NCBI GenBank assembly: GCA_950097015.1
Contig: CATNEN010000038.1
Span: forward strand, 8,556,001 to 8,620,000
Length of the DNA stretch: 64,000 nt
Source: Macrostomum hystrix
Lineage: Eukaryota > Animalia > Platyhelminthes
Direction of reading: 5' to 3'
This document shows positions 46,831 through 59,359 of the stretch, in pieces. Under the pieces are notes generated by a model. The model was not told where the DNA came from, ran no database searches, and saw nothing but the letters and a program-made list of their open reading frames with translations. Positions within the stretch are counted from its first letter, which is position 1. Every line of letters starts with the position of its first letter. The position numbers and the translations under genes are program-made.

Positions 46831-49444
46831 ATGGATGCATCTTCGGGTGACTGCGGCCTACTGCTTTGCAGTCTCCTCCTGCCCTCGTCTCTAGGCGAAA
46901 ATTCCTGCGGCTCGGCCTGCCAGGCCGCCGGGACGGCAGCGCCGGCTTCGGCTTCAGCGTCGAGTTATTCAAGACGCGGCGAGTTTCTTTATCGAGCCAG
47001 GTGCAACGACGCACAGGCAGTGCTCAGATTTCTGTCCAGGGGTGGCGGCCCGGTCGACCTGGTTCAGGTTGGTTGCTATGCTGTGTCTAAAGTGGCTTGG
47101 CCTAATACTGCCGAAATTCTTTACATTATTGGCTTTTGTTCCAAATTCGAGTCAGCTCTGCTTAGACTGTTAAGGATCCCCTCAGATTGCTAAAGATCCT
47201 ATCCTCCTAGGTTCCAAAGATCCCCTCAGATTGCTAAAGATCCTCCCAAGTTCTAAAGATCCCATCAGATTGCTAAAGATCCCCTCATATTGCTAAAGAT
47301 CCCCTCAGATTGCTAAAGATCCTCTCAGATTGCTTAAGATCCCATCGGATTGCTAAAAATACCCTCAGATTGCTAAAGATCCCCTCAGATTTCTAAAGAT
47401 CCCCTCAGATTCCTAAATATCCCCTCAGATTCCTAAAGATCCCCTCAGATTCCTGAGGATCCTCTCAGATTGCTTACGAGCCATCTATTAGAAATCTATT
47501 AGATTTCGATTTCAATTGGAGCTGAAATCTGAAATTCTTCAGGGCGGCAGTCGGCGCACAGCTCTGTGCTACGCGGCCGCCAACGGCAACAGCCGCCTGG
47601 CCGAGGAGCTGCTGGCTCTCGGCGCCGCAGTCGACGGCCTCGGCTACGAGGTGCCGCTGATTCACGCATGCGAGCGCGGCCACCTGGAGACAGTCCGGCT
47701 GCTGCTCGCCTCCGGCGCTTCTTCCGCCTGCCGCGACGCTCGCGGCTCTACGCCTCTCATCAAAGCCGTCGGCCAGGGTCACCTGGAAGTTGTCCGGTTA
47801 CTATTGACAACGGCTGGCGTGACGGGTACTGCCATAGACGCCTCCTGCATTGACGCCATCAGCACTGAGCCGTGCTTCAACTGTCTGGAGGCTGATGGTG
47901 AGGGATTGCTTTTGAGAGATTTTTAACCCCATAGTTCCCATTCCAGAAAGATCCGTATAACCCCAACTATCAGTAAATATCATATTCCGTGTGCAGGTAA
48001 AAAATCCTATTTTTTAATCCCCATCCAGACCAATCTGTTGGCCCGACCGGCGCACCCGACTGCGGCGGTCTCAGCGCGTTGATGCGCGCCACTCACGAGC
48101 TTCGCGTCGACGTCGCCCGCCTCCTGTTGGAAGCCGGTGCCAACGTCGACCTGGCCAACAGCCGCGGCCACACAGCCGCGCACTCCCTAGCTCTTACCTG
48201 CCGCCTGCCCGCTGCTCCAGTGCCGCACCTGTTGCATCATCCACCGCTGCACTGGGCGGCCGCGGCTCGCCTCCTGCTGTGCCGGCCCTGCCGCGTCAAT
48301 GCCAGAAATCGGTGCGGAGAGACGCCACTCGATCGCCTGATCGCGTGCGCGCCGGCAACACTGGAGCTGGCGCCGTTTAAGGTTTGCCGGTTGCTTTTTC
48401 TTAGGAGTTTGTGAAAATCCCCAGATGCTCAGATTTAGGTAGTTGCTCATCCAGATCCTCAGATTTGAGTAGTTGCTCATCCACATCCTCAGATTTGAGT
48501 AGTTGCTCATCCACATCCTCAGATTTGAGTAGTTGCTCATCCAGATCCTCTGATTTGAGTAGTTGCTCATCCACATCCTCAGATTTGAGTAGTTGCTCAT
48601 CCAGATCCTGAGATTTGAGTAGTTGCTCATCCAGATCCTCAGATTTGAGTAGTTGCTCATCTAGATCCTCAGATTTGAGTAGTTGCTCATCCAGATCCTC
48701 AGATTTGAGTAGTTGCTCATCCAGATCCTGAGATTTGAGTAGTTGCTCATCCACATCCTCAGATTTGAGTAGTTGCTCATCCAGATCCTGAGATTTGAGT
48801 AGTTGCTCATCCAGATCCTCAGATTTGAGTAGTTGCTCATCTAGATCCTCAGATTTGAGTAGTTGCTCATCCACATCCTCTGATTTGAGTAGTTGCTCAT
48901 CCACATCCTCATGTTTTAATTAGCCTGTAGAACAGCTTGACTCGTACTCGAGTAGTTTGACTACTTCAAGTAGCTTATTCTCCAGGCGCAGGCAATCACA
49001 GCATGGTGCGAAGTTGTCCGCCTACTGCTGGTTTACGGCTCGGACCTGTCCAACAAAGTGACGTTCAATCATCGCGAGACCACGCTAGACCGCCTAGTGC
49101 GCAAGCTCCTGGCCCTAATGGAGTGCAGCGCCAGCTCTCAGGAGTTCCTTGCCCTGGCCCGCCTGCTGCTCACCCTGTCAAGGCTGAGTCCGCGCCGCAG
49201 GCGGCTGGCCTCTGCCGCCTCCTACCTAGCCGGCCATCAGCTGGCGGCTAGCGAGCCGCGGCTCGGTCGTTTCTTTCTCCGCCTGCGCGACAACCTGTCC
49301 GGCCCGCTTACGCTGAAATCTGCGGCCGCTTTGCGACTGCGCCAGACCTGCCGCGATCCGCTCGTTGCCAGGGCCTGCCGCCTTCCGTTGCCAGGGACGC
49401 TGATTCGCTATGTGGTGTTTGGCGTCGCTGAGTCCTCTGCCTGA
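46831..49444 (+). CDS. Ankyrin repeat and SOCS box (ASB-type) protein; exons 46831-47067, 47543-47897, 48029-48381, 48986-49444; probable 5'-UTR intron 46509-46605
   Basis: Ankyrin motifs TALCYAAANG, PLIHACERGHLETVRLLL, TPLIKAVGQGHLEVVRLLL, GANVDLANSRGHT; SOCS box PLTLKSAAALRLR...LPLPGTLIRYV; junctions in phase. Confidence 0.9.
47172..47473. repeat. 20-bp intronic minisatellite (AAAGATCCCCTCAGATTGCT)
   Basis: Tandem periodicity. Confidence 0.92.
48420..48911. repeat. 30-bp intronic minisatellite (CAGATTTGAGTAGTTGCTCATCCASATCCT)
   Basis: About 16 tandem units. Confidence 0.96.
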
Positions 49445-49729
49445 AAGAAATTTTATAGTAACTTTCAGAGCACAAAATGTAGGCCTTCTCAGCTAAAAGC
49501 GTTTCAGCTCATATAATAGAAATCCTGTGCATAGGCTTGGATACAGCGCGAAGTGCAGTTCTAAGAAATCCTTTGCAATTGTACATTGAGCAGAAGAGGC
49601 CGGGAGAATACCATAGCGTTCTAGGTTTAGTAAGGGCCTTTTAAAATGTACTTAGTATCGCCAAGACATGGTGATCAAAGTACCAGTTATTCCCAACTGA
49701 GTGTACATCAAGGAGACCTGGCTTCGTAC

Positions 49730-49992
49730 AATAGAGAATTCTGGAGGAATCCCAGTCAGATGTACAGCAGATAACTCTAGGGGAATGCCAGTACTAAAGT
49801 GGTTTTGGAAATTCTCCAGTCGGATGTACAGCAGAGAACTGTGGGGAATCCCAGTGCTAAAGTGGTTTTGGAAATTCCCTTGTCGAATGTACAGCAGATA
49901 ACTCTACGGGAACGCCAGTACTAAAGTGGTTTTGGAAATTCTCCAGTCGGATGTACAGCAAGAGAACTGAATCCAAGGGGAATCCCAGTGCT
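49730..49992. repeat. Short tandem array with a ~63-bp unit (GATGTACAGCAG...CCAGTRCTAAAGTGGTTTTGGAAATTC), alternating A/B units
   Basis: About 4 copies. Confidence 0.85.
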
Positions 49993-50889
49993 TTGACTTA
50001 GGAGCTCCGCAGTCCCTTACCTTTAGGGATTAGGGTTAATTATAATCTTGCTGCCTTCTGCTCCTTACTAATGATTTCTTAATTATTTTTGGCAGAAATT
50101 AAAAAAGGTATTTATTTTTTTCGAAATTGACTTTTTACAAGCGTATTAAGGCCTTTTTAAGTGCTGTGAACTTTGTACTTTTGAGGCGATGCATATTATT
50201 TCCAGTACTTGATCCGCTTTTATCCCAATATTTTTTGCTCTTGCCCGCCCTAACACTTGTGAGCCATGCGATCTTTTGTCAGCTGTTTAAATCTGCGAAC
50301 AAGGCAAAACGAAATTAGCAACTCAAACGCCTCAAAAAAAAGTAATTTTTCCTAATCTGCTCTTTATTTGAAAGTATTTTATGCATTCGCCAATATATTT
50401 TTGTTGTTTGTTACCGTTATCTGATCTGTCAAATAGCACTGCCGGTCAGTGAACAGCATGTGACCATATTCCTGTTAATACTACTGTTGCTTTTCATCAG
50501 CAATTCTTGCGCACACTCTTGTATAGGTCATTGAAACTGGCTTTTAAAATTTGCGTTTCTGATAGTCAGGCCTAGCCACCAGTAACTAGACAAGCTGAGC
50601 TCTTGCAAATCTAATTTGTCACTATAATGCTATATGGATCGCATAAAGTACACACAAACCAATAGCAGAACAGTCTGTTTGCATTGTGTGCTATTTATCA
50701 GTAGGAAAAAAATACGGTTTTTCGTGAGAATGATCTTTCAACGTTTATCATTTTTCGGCATATATTTTAAAGTGACTTCCTGATGCGCACTTACTCATGT
50801 ACATGTACCCCTGCTGTGAAATCATTTACACTAACTCCCATCTGACCTTCAACCACTACACTTTGACTCCATTCGAGTCCAACCCCCTC

Positions 50890-51170
50890 CATAATGTACT
50901 TTGGCTTCAGCCCCCGCCCCACCTCTCTCCATCAATGTACATCAGCTACAGCCTCGCCCCACCTCTCTCCACCAATGTACATTAGCTACAGCCTTGCCCC
51001 ACCTCTCTCCACCAATGTACATCAGCTACAGCCTTGCCCCACCTCTCTCCACCAATGTACATTAGCTTCAGCCTTGCCCCACCTCTCTCCACCAATGTAC
51101 ATTAGCTACAGCCTTGCCCCACCTCTCTCCACCAATGTACATTAGCTTCAGCCTCGCCCTACCCCCCTAC
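50890..51170. repeat. 40-bp minisatellite (CCCCACCTCTCTCCACCAATGTACATTAGCTACAGCCTTG)
   Basis: About 6-7 copies. Confidence 0.93.
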
Positions 51171-51643
51171 GCTAACATACAGCAGCTTTTTAAACCCGAC
51201 CACGCCGTCAATATACAATGGCTCCCTACTTACTCATAAGCCTCATAACTTACCTCCATCTTAATTTATACCATCCCTTTCTTTCAAAAAGCTTTCAAGC
51301 CTCAGAACCTTTTATTGTCCTCGCTTTGTGATATTATTTTTTGTAGGCTAATTCTACATGTGCACCCGTGTTTATCAGCTATAGAGGGCACTAATTACAC
51401 ATTCCATTATAATTATTTTTACTTATTATGTTTTAAAAGCTTTCGCTGTTTAAAATACACAGGGACCAACTGCTTTTTGCGCTCTGCTGTTTCTCTATTT
51501 GCTAGTATAAATGACAAGCATGGCTGTCAAACCTTTTGATTTTGTTACTTTTTATATACTCTGAGATGTCGCTGTTGGGAGAAAATGAAAAGAAGTAGCA
51601 ACAATACCGCCGCAGTATCCGACACCCGCCTGGCTGCTTTCAG

Positions 51644-53664
51644 TTCTCCCTGCGTCACCTCGCGGCTGCCGGGACCCGCCTGGGACCCAGCCGGCACAGT
51701 TGCCTGTTCACCGCGGCCAGACAGCAGCCTGGCCCTGCCGCCGTGTTGCGCCATCGGTTGCGCAATCAGCTGACCTCAGGCTTGGGCCAGGGGCGCGGAT
51801 GCTCCACCGGGCAGGCTGGCGCCGCCACCTGGCACCCGATGGTGGCTCACCTCACTGCCAATCAGCGGCGCGCTGTCGGCGTCTGGCTGGCCACCTGCGC
51901 CGGCATGACGGCTGGCGCGGTGGTGCTCGGCGGACTCACCCGGCTGACCCGTTCTGGCCTAAGCATGACCAACTGGTCGCTCTTCAAGGTCGTTTGAGTT
52001 TAAACTCCCTTCCCTCAGTGCTTCCATTGCGCCCACCCTCTCCGCCAATGTACACTGGCCCCCTTACCCCCACCCTCCTCCGCCAATGTACACTGGCCCC
52101 CTTCAAACCCCCACCCTCCTCCGCCAATGTACACTGGCCCCTTCAAACCCCCACCCTCCCCGAAAATGTACACTGGCTCCTGCTAATCTATAAGCGTTAT
52201 GTCCGCTTCCAGGAGCTGCCGCCCACATCCCAGGCCGACTGGGAACGGGAATTTCAGCGCTACCAGGCCTACCCAGAGTACGAGTACATTGTCCGCGAGC
52301 GGGGCAGCATGACCCTGGCTGACTTCAAGGCAATCTACTGGCTGGAGTTCCTGCACCGCAGCTGGGGCCGCGCCATTGGGGCCGCTTTCGTCCTGCCGGC
52401 TGCCTATTTTTGGATGCGTGGCCGCTTCCAGGTGAGCCGAGGCGAAAGACATCAGAGCCGCTCCATAGCTGCCCAGCTTTTGAAGTGCAGGTGTTTCAAA
52501 AGACACCTGGAGACAGCATCCGCAGCCTTCAAATGTCGCCATCCGTAATTTAAACGGACACCATCGCCCCATCTCGATCCCGGCCCATCCACCCCCACTC
52601 AAATGACACCATCCGCCATCACTCAAATGACACCATCCGCCATCACTCAAATGACACCATCCGCCATCACTCAAATGACACCATCCGCCATCACTCAAAT
52701 GACACCATCCGCCATCACTCAAACGACACCATCCACCCCACTCAAATGACACCATCCGCCATCACTCAAATGACACCATCCGCCATCACTCAAACGACAC
52801 CATCCACCCCACTCAAATGACACCATCCGCCATCACTCAAATCACACCATCCGCCATCACTCAAATGACACCATCCACCCCACTCAAATGACACCATCCG
52901 CCATCACTCAAATCACACAACCCCCACCTCCACCGCAGCCTGGCATGCGCAAGCGAGTCCTTGTCTACGGCGGTCTGATTCTCGGCCAGGGCCTGCTGGG
53001 CTGGTACATGGTGCGCAGCGGACTGAGCAAGGCCACGCTGACCCAGGATGTGCCCAGAGTGAGCCAGTACCGACTGTCCGCCCACCTGGGATCGGCCCTG
53101 GTACTTTTCTCCCTGTTCACCTGGTCAGCCCTGACCCACCTGCTGCCCGTGTCGCAATTCGGCGCAGCAATCGGCATGCGGGGTCGACTGGCAGGCGCCG
53201 CCCACCTGCTCACCTCCTTGACATTCGCCACCGCAGTCTCCGGCGCCTTCGTAGCTGGCATTGACGCCGGCCTTGTGTACAACAGCTGGCCAAAGATGGC
53301 CGACCGGTGGGTGCCCAGCGACTACTGGGCCTTGCAGCCCGCCTGGCGCAACCTGTTTGAGAATCCGAGCGCTACCCAGTTCAACCACCGGCTCCTCGGC
53401 CACACCACCGCCTGCTCCGCGGCAGCCGTCTGGCTTTGGGTGGCCACCTCGGCCGGCGTCGGCAAATCCTCGGCCCTACCGGCGCGCACCAAACTGGCGC
53501 TTAACTGCCTACTGGCAGTTGTGTGTACTCAGGCCAGTTTGGGCATCGCCACCCTGCTCACCTACGTGCCGGTAACGCTGGCCGCCTGCCACCAGGCTGG
53601 CAGCGTGGCCCTGCTGGGCACCGCCACCTGGCTGATGCACGAGCTGCGCCGCCTGCCCAAATAG
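51644..53664 (+). CDS. COX15: Heme A synthase COX15; exons 51644-51988, 52213-52431, 52939-53664; start-codon exon not located
   Basis: [101 protein letters not shown]. Confidence 0.96.
52030..52180. repeat. 36-39-bp intronic repeat (CCACCCTCCTCCGCCAATGTACACTGGCCCC)
   Basis: 4 copies; shares CCAATGTACA with 50890-51170. Confidence 0.85.
52555..52920. repeat. 24-bp intronic minisatellite (ACTCAAATGACACCATCCGCCATC)
   Basis: Tandem periodicity. Confidence 0.93.
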
Positions 53665-53970
53665 ACTGCGGCCTCATTCAGCTAGCTCTACTAATAGTAG
53701 TCTGTTGCAATCATGGCCGTAACATAATTTTTTGTATTTTGAAAGATGATTTAAATTTTATATGCTCCTGTGTTTTATGCAATTATAAAATCGATTCGTT
53801 GGCATTCTGTAACTTTAAGGCTACATTTTTTCATAATTTATCTGCTTTTCATTATTTTCTATATTTCTAAGACTAAGTTATTTAAGTTTAGACTATTTGA
53901 AGAGTATGTAGAATATGAATATTTGTACTTCTGTACTTCCTTAAACATGCAGCAATTTTTAGCTCGTAGT

Positions 53971-54576
53971 TTAGTGAATATCGCCGTACGGCTGGGTTCC
54001 TGACTTCTGAACCACAGGGAACTTCAGCACCTGGCAGTTCGCATCGCAGCAGTCCATCAGGTAGCCGTAGCCAATGCGGCCTGCTAGAATAGCCTTCGAC
54101 GTGGACCTCGATGCTCTTGACAATATGCTTGGCTTTAGTGTCGAATTCTTTGAAGTTGCCGCCGATTGAGCGTTGCAATACGAAGTCTTGAAATTGTTTG
54201 AGATTTTCGAATCCGTCTCCTTTGATCCCGCTGTCGCATAAAATCCAAGCAGGATGCCGCTGCGCTTAACCCTATCTGGCCAGGCTAACAGGCGGGAGCG
54301 AGTGCAATCGTCCGCCTCAACTCTTGCAATCAGCTGATTTGTGTTGCCATGCCCGGTTGGCTCAGCTGCGACAGACAGCAGCCTGCCAAAGCCGAGTGCT
54401 TGGCGGCCCACCAGATTCCTGTCACAGTAGTACAGGCAGACTGTGATTTGTGCGGCAGTTTTTGATGATTTATTACTAGCTGACGATGCCTCTCCACTGC
54501 AGCCAACTTGCCGGCTGTCCATGCTGCACGGATTCTCGCTAATTCTAGACCATAAATTGATTGCCCGCCAATTCAT
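53971..54576 (-). CDS. Hypothetical 201-aa protein
   Basis: Non-repetitive ORF in a GC-elevated island; ATG directly after GCAG; no family recognised. Confidence 0.35.
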   Translation of the reverse strand: MNWRAINLWSRISENPCSMDSRQVGCSGEASSASNKSSKTAAQITVCLYYCDRNLVGRQALGFGRLLSVAAEPTGHGNTNQLIARVEADDCTRSRLLAWPDRVKRSGILLGFYATAGSKETDSKISNNFKTSYCNAQSAATSKNSTLKPSILSRASRSTSKAILAGRIGYGYLMDCCDANCQVLKFPVVQKSGTQPYGDIH

Positions 54577-55215
54577 CTGCCCAAGACTTCCTGATCAATT
54601 TTTACCATAGACAAACTCGTCAAATGTACAAACGAGAAAGTGGCCAGTAATAATTCGGTCCTGCCGTTGATAAATCGCCTTCACTGACACCATAAGCCAT
54701 CTAGTCTGTAGCTCAAGGACCGAAAATTTCAACTAAGGCCACACTGGCACCATTTTAAAGTACATCCGTTCTATCGGACAAGGTCTGATACTGCAACAAA
54801 AGGTCGCACTTGTTCTATTTACTAAATCCAGTTGGTTAATAAAGTGTTCATAGTTTCAAAAGAGGCAGCACTTACATATTAAATCAATCCTTTCTTGACA
54901 TGAAGAGCAGCGAGTGTAAGCATAGGTCCTAGGCTTCGCAAATAGACACCATTTATGCTATCAAACTAAATGTACGAGATGTAGTTATCAAAAAGTGATA
55001 ATTTCAACAAGGGTAACACAGCACCACATACAAGATCGTGCGTATCTATTCTGACGGTCAAGGTTTTCAATTTTAAGAAAGGTTTGCGTTCAGAATCCGT
55101 GAATTTTTTCAAGACCAGTATTATAAGAAGATTCAGTTTTTCTTTGAAACACCATGAGCACAGCAAAATATGTCATCAATTGAGCAGTCGTCAGAAGCCT
55201 ATATAATTATTGCAG

Positions 55216-57199
55216 ACGTCACACAGCGAGCTGACGGGCCACCCCGTCGAGTCACCGACTATCGAGGTGGCTGTGCTGCTGTCGGATGAAAAGGAGCGCA
55301 AACTTCGATTTCTTGAGAGATGCCGAGAGTCCCAGCCATCAGGGGTTCGATTCACTCGCATAGAACTAGACGACCTACTGGCTTCCGGCAGTCGCTACCG
55401 GGTGGTGCTGCACAAGATTCACGCTGACCTCACCTCGAATGAGCCCGACGCGGCTGACCGGGTGCGCCGCTTCAAGGCCTGGATTGCCGAACGGGGCGCC
55501 GAGCTGATCCTGCTGGACCCCCTGCCTGGCCTGGAGACTATGCTGCTGTACCGGTTTGACCAGTGTCAGGCTATGTCCAGGTGGGACAGTCCCGCCACAA
55601 ACCATCTGCCCCTCACAAACCATAGTCCGCTCCTCATCGACAATAATCCGCCACTCACTAACCCAAATCCGCTCCTCATTGACTATAATCTGCCCCTCAC
55701 AGAAGATAATCCAACCTTCACAGACGATAATCCGCCCTTCACAGGATAACCCGCCCCTCACAAGCCATAATCCGCCCTCGCAAGGCAATCCATAATCCGC
55801 TCCTCATTGACCATAATCCGCCTCTCAGAGACAATAATCCGCTCCTCACAGAAGATAATCCACCCTTCACAGACGATAACCCGCTCCTTCGCTCAGGTGC
55901 GCCGCCGCCTGCCCCCAGCCGCTGCGCAGCCAGGTCTACGTGCCGCGCTACGCTTTGATGCGCCATGCGGGCGAGCCGCCAGTTGACGCCGAGGGCCCCC
56001 TCCGCTATCCGCTGCTGTGCAAGCCGCACCTGGCCTCCGGCGCCGACGCGCACGACATGTCGCTAGTGTTCTCAGCCGAGCAGCTGGTCGAACTCAGCAC
56101 ACCTGTGGTGGCGCAGGAATTTGTCAACCACGGAGCCAAGTTAATCAAGGTGCCAGAATTCTACCACCGAGTATGCTAATAGAAACCCGCTGTCCTAAAT
56201 ATTGTCTAATGTCCTATGTTGGCGGCGTGCCGCAAGCACATTCGAATCTGCCCCTCGATCCGCCCCTCACCCATGGATCCGCCCCTCACCCTCTGATCCG
56301 CCCCTCACACTTGGATCCGCCCCTCACCCTCTGATCCGCCCCTCACCATCTGATCCGCCCCTCACCCTCTGATCCGCCCCTCACCCTCTGATCTGCCCCT
56401 CGCCCTCTGATCCGCCCCTCACCCTCTGATCCACACCTCACGCTTGGATCCGCCCCTCACCCTCTGATCCGCCCCTCACCCTCTGATCCGCCCCCTCACG
56501 CTTGGATCCGCCCCTCACCCTCTGATCCGCCCCTCACCATCTGATCCGCCCCTCACCCTCTGATCCGCCCCTCACCCTCTGATCTGCCCCTCGCCCTCTG
56601 ATCCGCCCCTCACCCTCTGATCCACACCTCACGCTTGGATCCGCCCCTCACGCTTGGATCCGCCCCTCACCCTCTGATCCGCCCCTCACCCTCTGATCCG
56701 CCCCCTCACGCTTGGATCCGCCCCTCACCCTCTGATCCGCCCCTCACCCTCTGATCCGCCCCCACGCTTGGATCCGCCCCTACCTAGCGCAGCCCCGCGT
56801 CTATCCGAACTCACCCAGGTGTACGTCCTCGGCAACCGAATTCACGCCTGCATCCGGCCGTCAGTTCGCGACTTCCCGGCTGGCTACGCCGGCGCGCCGA
56901 TTCGATTCTCCAGCCACGCCGTCTCCAAGGCCGGCTGCCGCTCGAACCTGTCAGAGCAGCCAGCTGCAGCCAGTAGCGAAGACCTTTTAGCCCGCTATTC
57001 TCACCTGCTCAACCCTCTCAGCGCAGTCTGTCGCGCGGTGCTGGGCCTGGAACTGCTGAACCTGGACCTCGTTCCTGACTGCGCCACCGGCCGGCTTGCC
57101 CTGGTGGACATCAACCAGTTTCCCGGCTTCGAGTCCATGCCCGGGTTCGTTGACGCCCTGATTCAACTAATTCAACAGAAGGTGTCCGAGAGCTCTTGA
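55216..57199 (+). CDS. ITPK1: Inositol-tetrakisphosphate 1-kinase / inositol 1,3,4-trisphosphate 5/6-kinase; exons 55216-55580, 55897-56149, 56819-57199; start codon uncertain
   Basis: LSDEKERKLRF, VVLHKI, LLDPL, LRYPLLCKP..A.G...HDMSLVF, PVVAQEFVNHGAKLIK|VYVLG, RPS, LVDINQFPGF (ATP-grasp ITPK1 motifs); junctions in phase. Confidence 0.92.
55590..55890. repeat. ~21-bp degenerate intronic minisatellite (ATAATCCGCCCCTCACAGA..)
   Basis: Tandem periodicity. Confidence 0.85.
56245..56782. repeat. 19-20-bp intronic minisatellite (CTGATCCGCCCCTCACCCT)
   Basis: Tandem periodicity. Confidence 0.95.
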
Positions 57200-57256
57200 C
57201 TGTGGAATCTGTACAGGTGTAGGATGGAAAGGCGCCAGACTGCCCCGAGTCTATTA

Positions 57257-57294
57257 TCTGTCCGTCTGCCTGTCTGTCTGTCTGCCTGCCTGCC

Positions 57295-57361
<67 letters not shown>

Positions 57362-57376
57362 TTGTCTGTCTGTTTG
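57257..57376. repeat. (TCTG)n microsatellite
   Basis: Direct inspection. Confidence 0.95.
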
Positions 57377-57817
57377 ACTTGTCCATTTTTCTAGAATTTA
57401 TTTTTTTTTTCACCAATCTGGTTTTCCAATCCTGGTCTTGTTATGATTCGGTCACTATCCGAAATCATGATGCTTTATTCGCTGATGCTAATTCAGCATT
57501 ATCAGAGCTCTATTTGAAGCAGATTTTACCAGCTAGCACTATTAGCTGTCTGTTCTTTTATTAACTTTGAACTTGCTGCTGCTCGTTATAAACATTTTAA
57601 GCGCACATCTGTAGTTTACACTTCTCTTTTTATAATTATACTATCCAAGCCTCTACTGAGTTTTTTCTGTTTGACTAACTTTGTCTACTCAAATAGTTCT
57701 CATTCGAGCGCTGTGTTTTTGCTTTAGAAAAAGAACGCTGTTTTGTTACACTTTGCTTAGGTATAACATAAATATGCATAAAATATTTTGCTGTCACAAT
57801 GAGGCCAGTAACCTAAT

Positions 57818-58575
57818 CACTCTCCATCACTCTCTCACCCTCCCCCACTCTGTCTCACTCTCCCCCACTCTTTCACACTCTCCCCAACACTCTTCCCCAC
57901 TCTTTCACACCCTCCCCCACTCTTTCACACTCTCCCCCACACTCTCCCCCCACTCTTTCTCACTCTCCTTAACTCTCTCTCACCCTCCCCCACTCTGTCT
58001 CACTCTCCCCCACACTCTCCCCCCACTCTTTCTCACTCTCCCCCACTATTTCTCACTCTCCCCTACTCTTTCTCACTCTCCCCCCAATCTTTCTCACTCT
58101 CCCCTACTGTTTCTCACTCTCCCCCATTCTTTCTCGCTCTCCCCCATTCTTTCTCACTCTCCCCCACTCTTTCTCACTCTCCCCCATTCTTTCTCGCTCT
58201 CCTCAACTTTTTCTCACTCTCCCCACTCTTTCTCACTCTCCCCTACTCTTTCTCACTCTCCCCCCAATCTTTCTCACTCTCCCCTACTGTTTCTCACTCT
58301 CCCCCATTCTTTCTCGCTCTCCCCCATTCTTTCTCACTCTCCCCACTCTTTCTCACTCTCCCCCATTCTTTCTCGCTCTCCTCAACTTTTTCTCACTCTC
58401 CCCACTCTTTCTCACTCTCCGCCACTGTTTCTCACTCTCCCCCATTCTTTTTCGCTCTCCCCATTCTTTCTCACTCTCCCCCACTCTTTCTCACTCTCCC
58501 CATTCTTTCTCACTCTCCCCCACTCTTTCTCACTCTCCCCCACTCTTTCTCACTCTCCCCCACTCTTTCTCACTC
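57818..58575. repeat. ~20-bp pyrimidine-rich minisatellite (CTTTCTCACTCTCCCCCACT)
   Basis: Tandem periodicity. Confidence 0.94.
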
Positions 58576-59359
58576 AGTTATTTCTGTTCTCTTCCATCCA
58601 GGATTTAATAAATCCCAAACCGACCTGTTTGGCTGCTGTTACTGTGTTTTTATCTTTGCCGCGGCTGGCGAATTTAGTTTTCAGTGAAAAGTGAGTCAAT
58701 ATTCAAGTAGGCCATTGCTAGTTACAATTTTCGTTGCAAATTATTGACAAGCTTGAAGTCTAACACAGTCTGTCAAGTATAAAGTCGTCACATTGGTATT
58801 GAGATATTGGTATTCAATAAAATCAATTGAAATCTGATATTTAAAACTAGATGCGCACAATGTCCTTGTTTTATTATTTATTTCATTTTCTGTACGAGCG
58901 TACGTTTACCAATTACAATTACGCTAAATTGCACAGAATACTTAAATAAGGAGAGGTTTTCAACAGCATTATATTGTACTAATTTCAGTAAGAAGCGGTA
59001 AGTTCATTGGTGCAACCGGTTTAATAATATAAATGACTGCGTAAGTGCATATATATCAATAAATTTCAACTAGTTATCGCGCTTTCTGGTGATAAATCTG
59101 ATAATATTAATATTATCAAGCCAAAATTATGACGCAATTTGGCAGATTCTTAGCTTAAGATACTGCTATTAAAATTTTCACGCAATAAAAGTGTTTAATT
59201 CACAACAATCAGAGATAATATATTCGATTTGGTAAAACCTGTTGGGTTTTTGTTTCAGCTACTTGCAATCAGCTACTCTGGCAGTTTCTTTAGTGTTAAA
59301 TCTGTATTGCTTTGGATGCAGAAACCTGGGTGCATAAAGTACAGGTACGCATTTCCTAA

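Noticed and set aside
48401-48904. Acidic coiled-coil-like ORF (DEQLLKSEDL)n
   Set aside because: Antisense translation of the intronic 30-bp minisatellite
50022-50038. Interstitial telomeric sequence TTTAGGGATTAGGGTTA
   Set aside because: Only two imperfect units; compatible with chance
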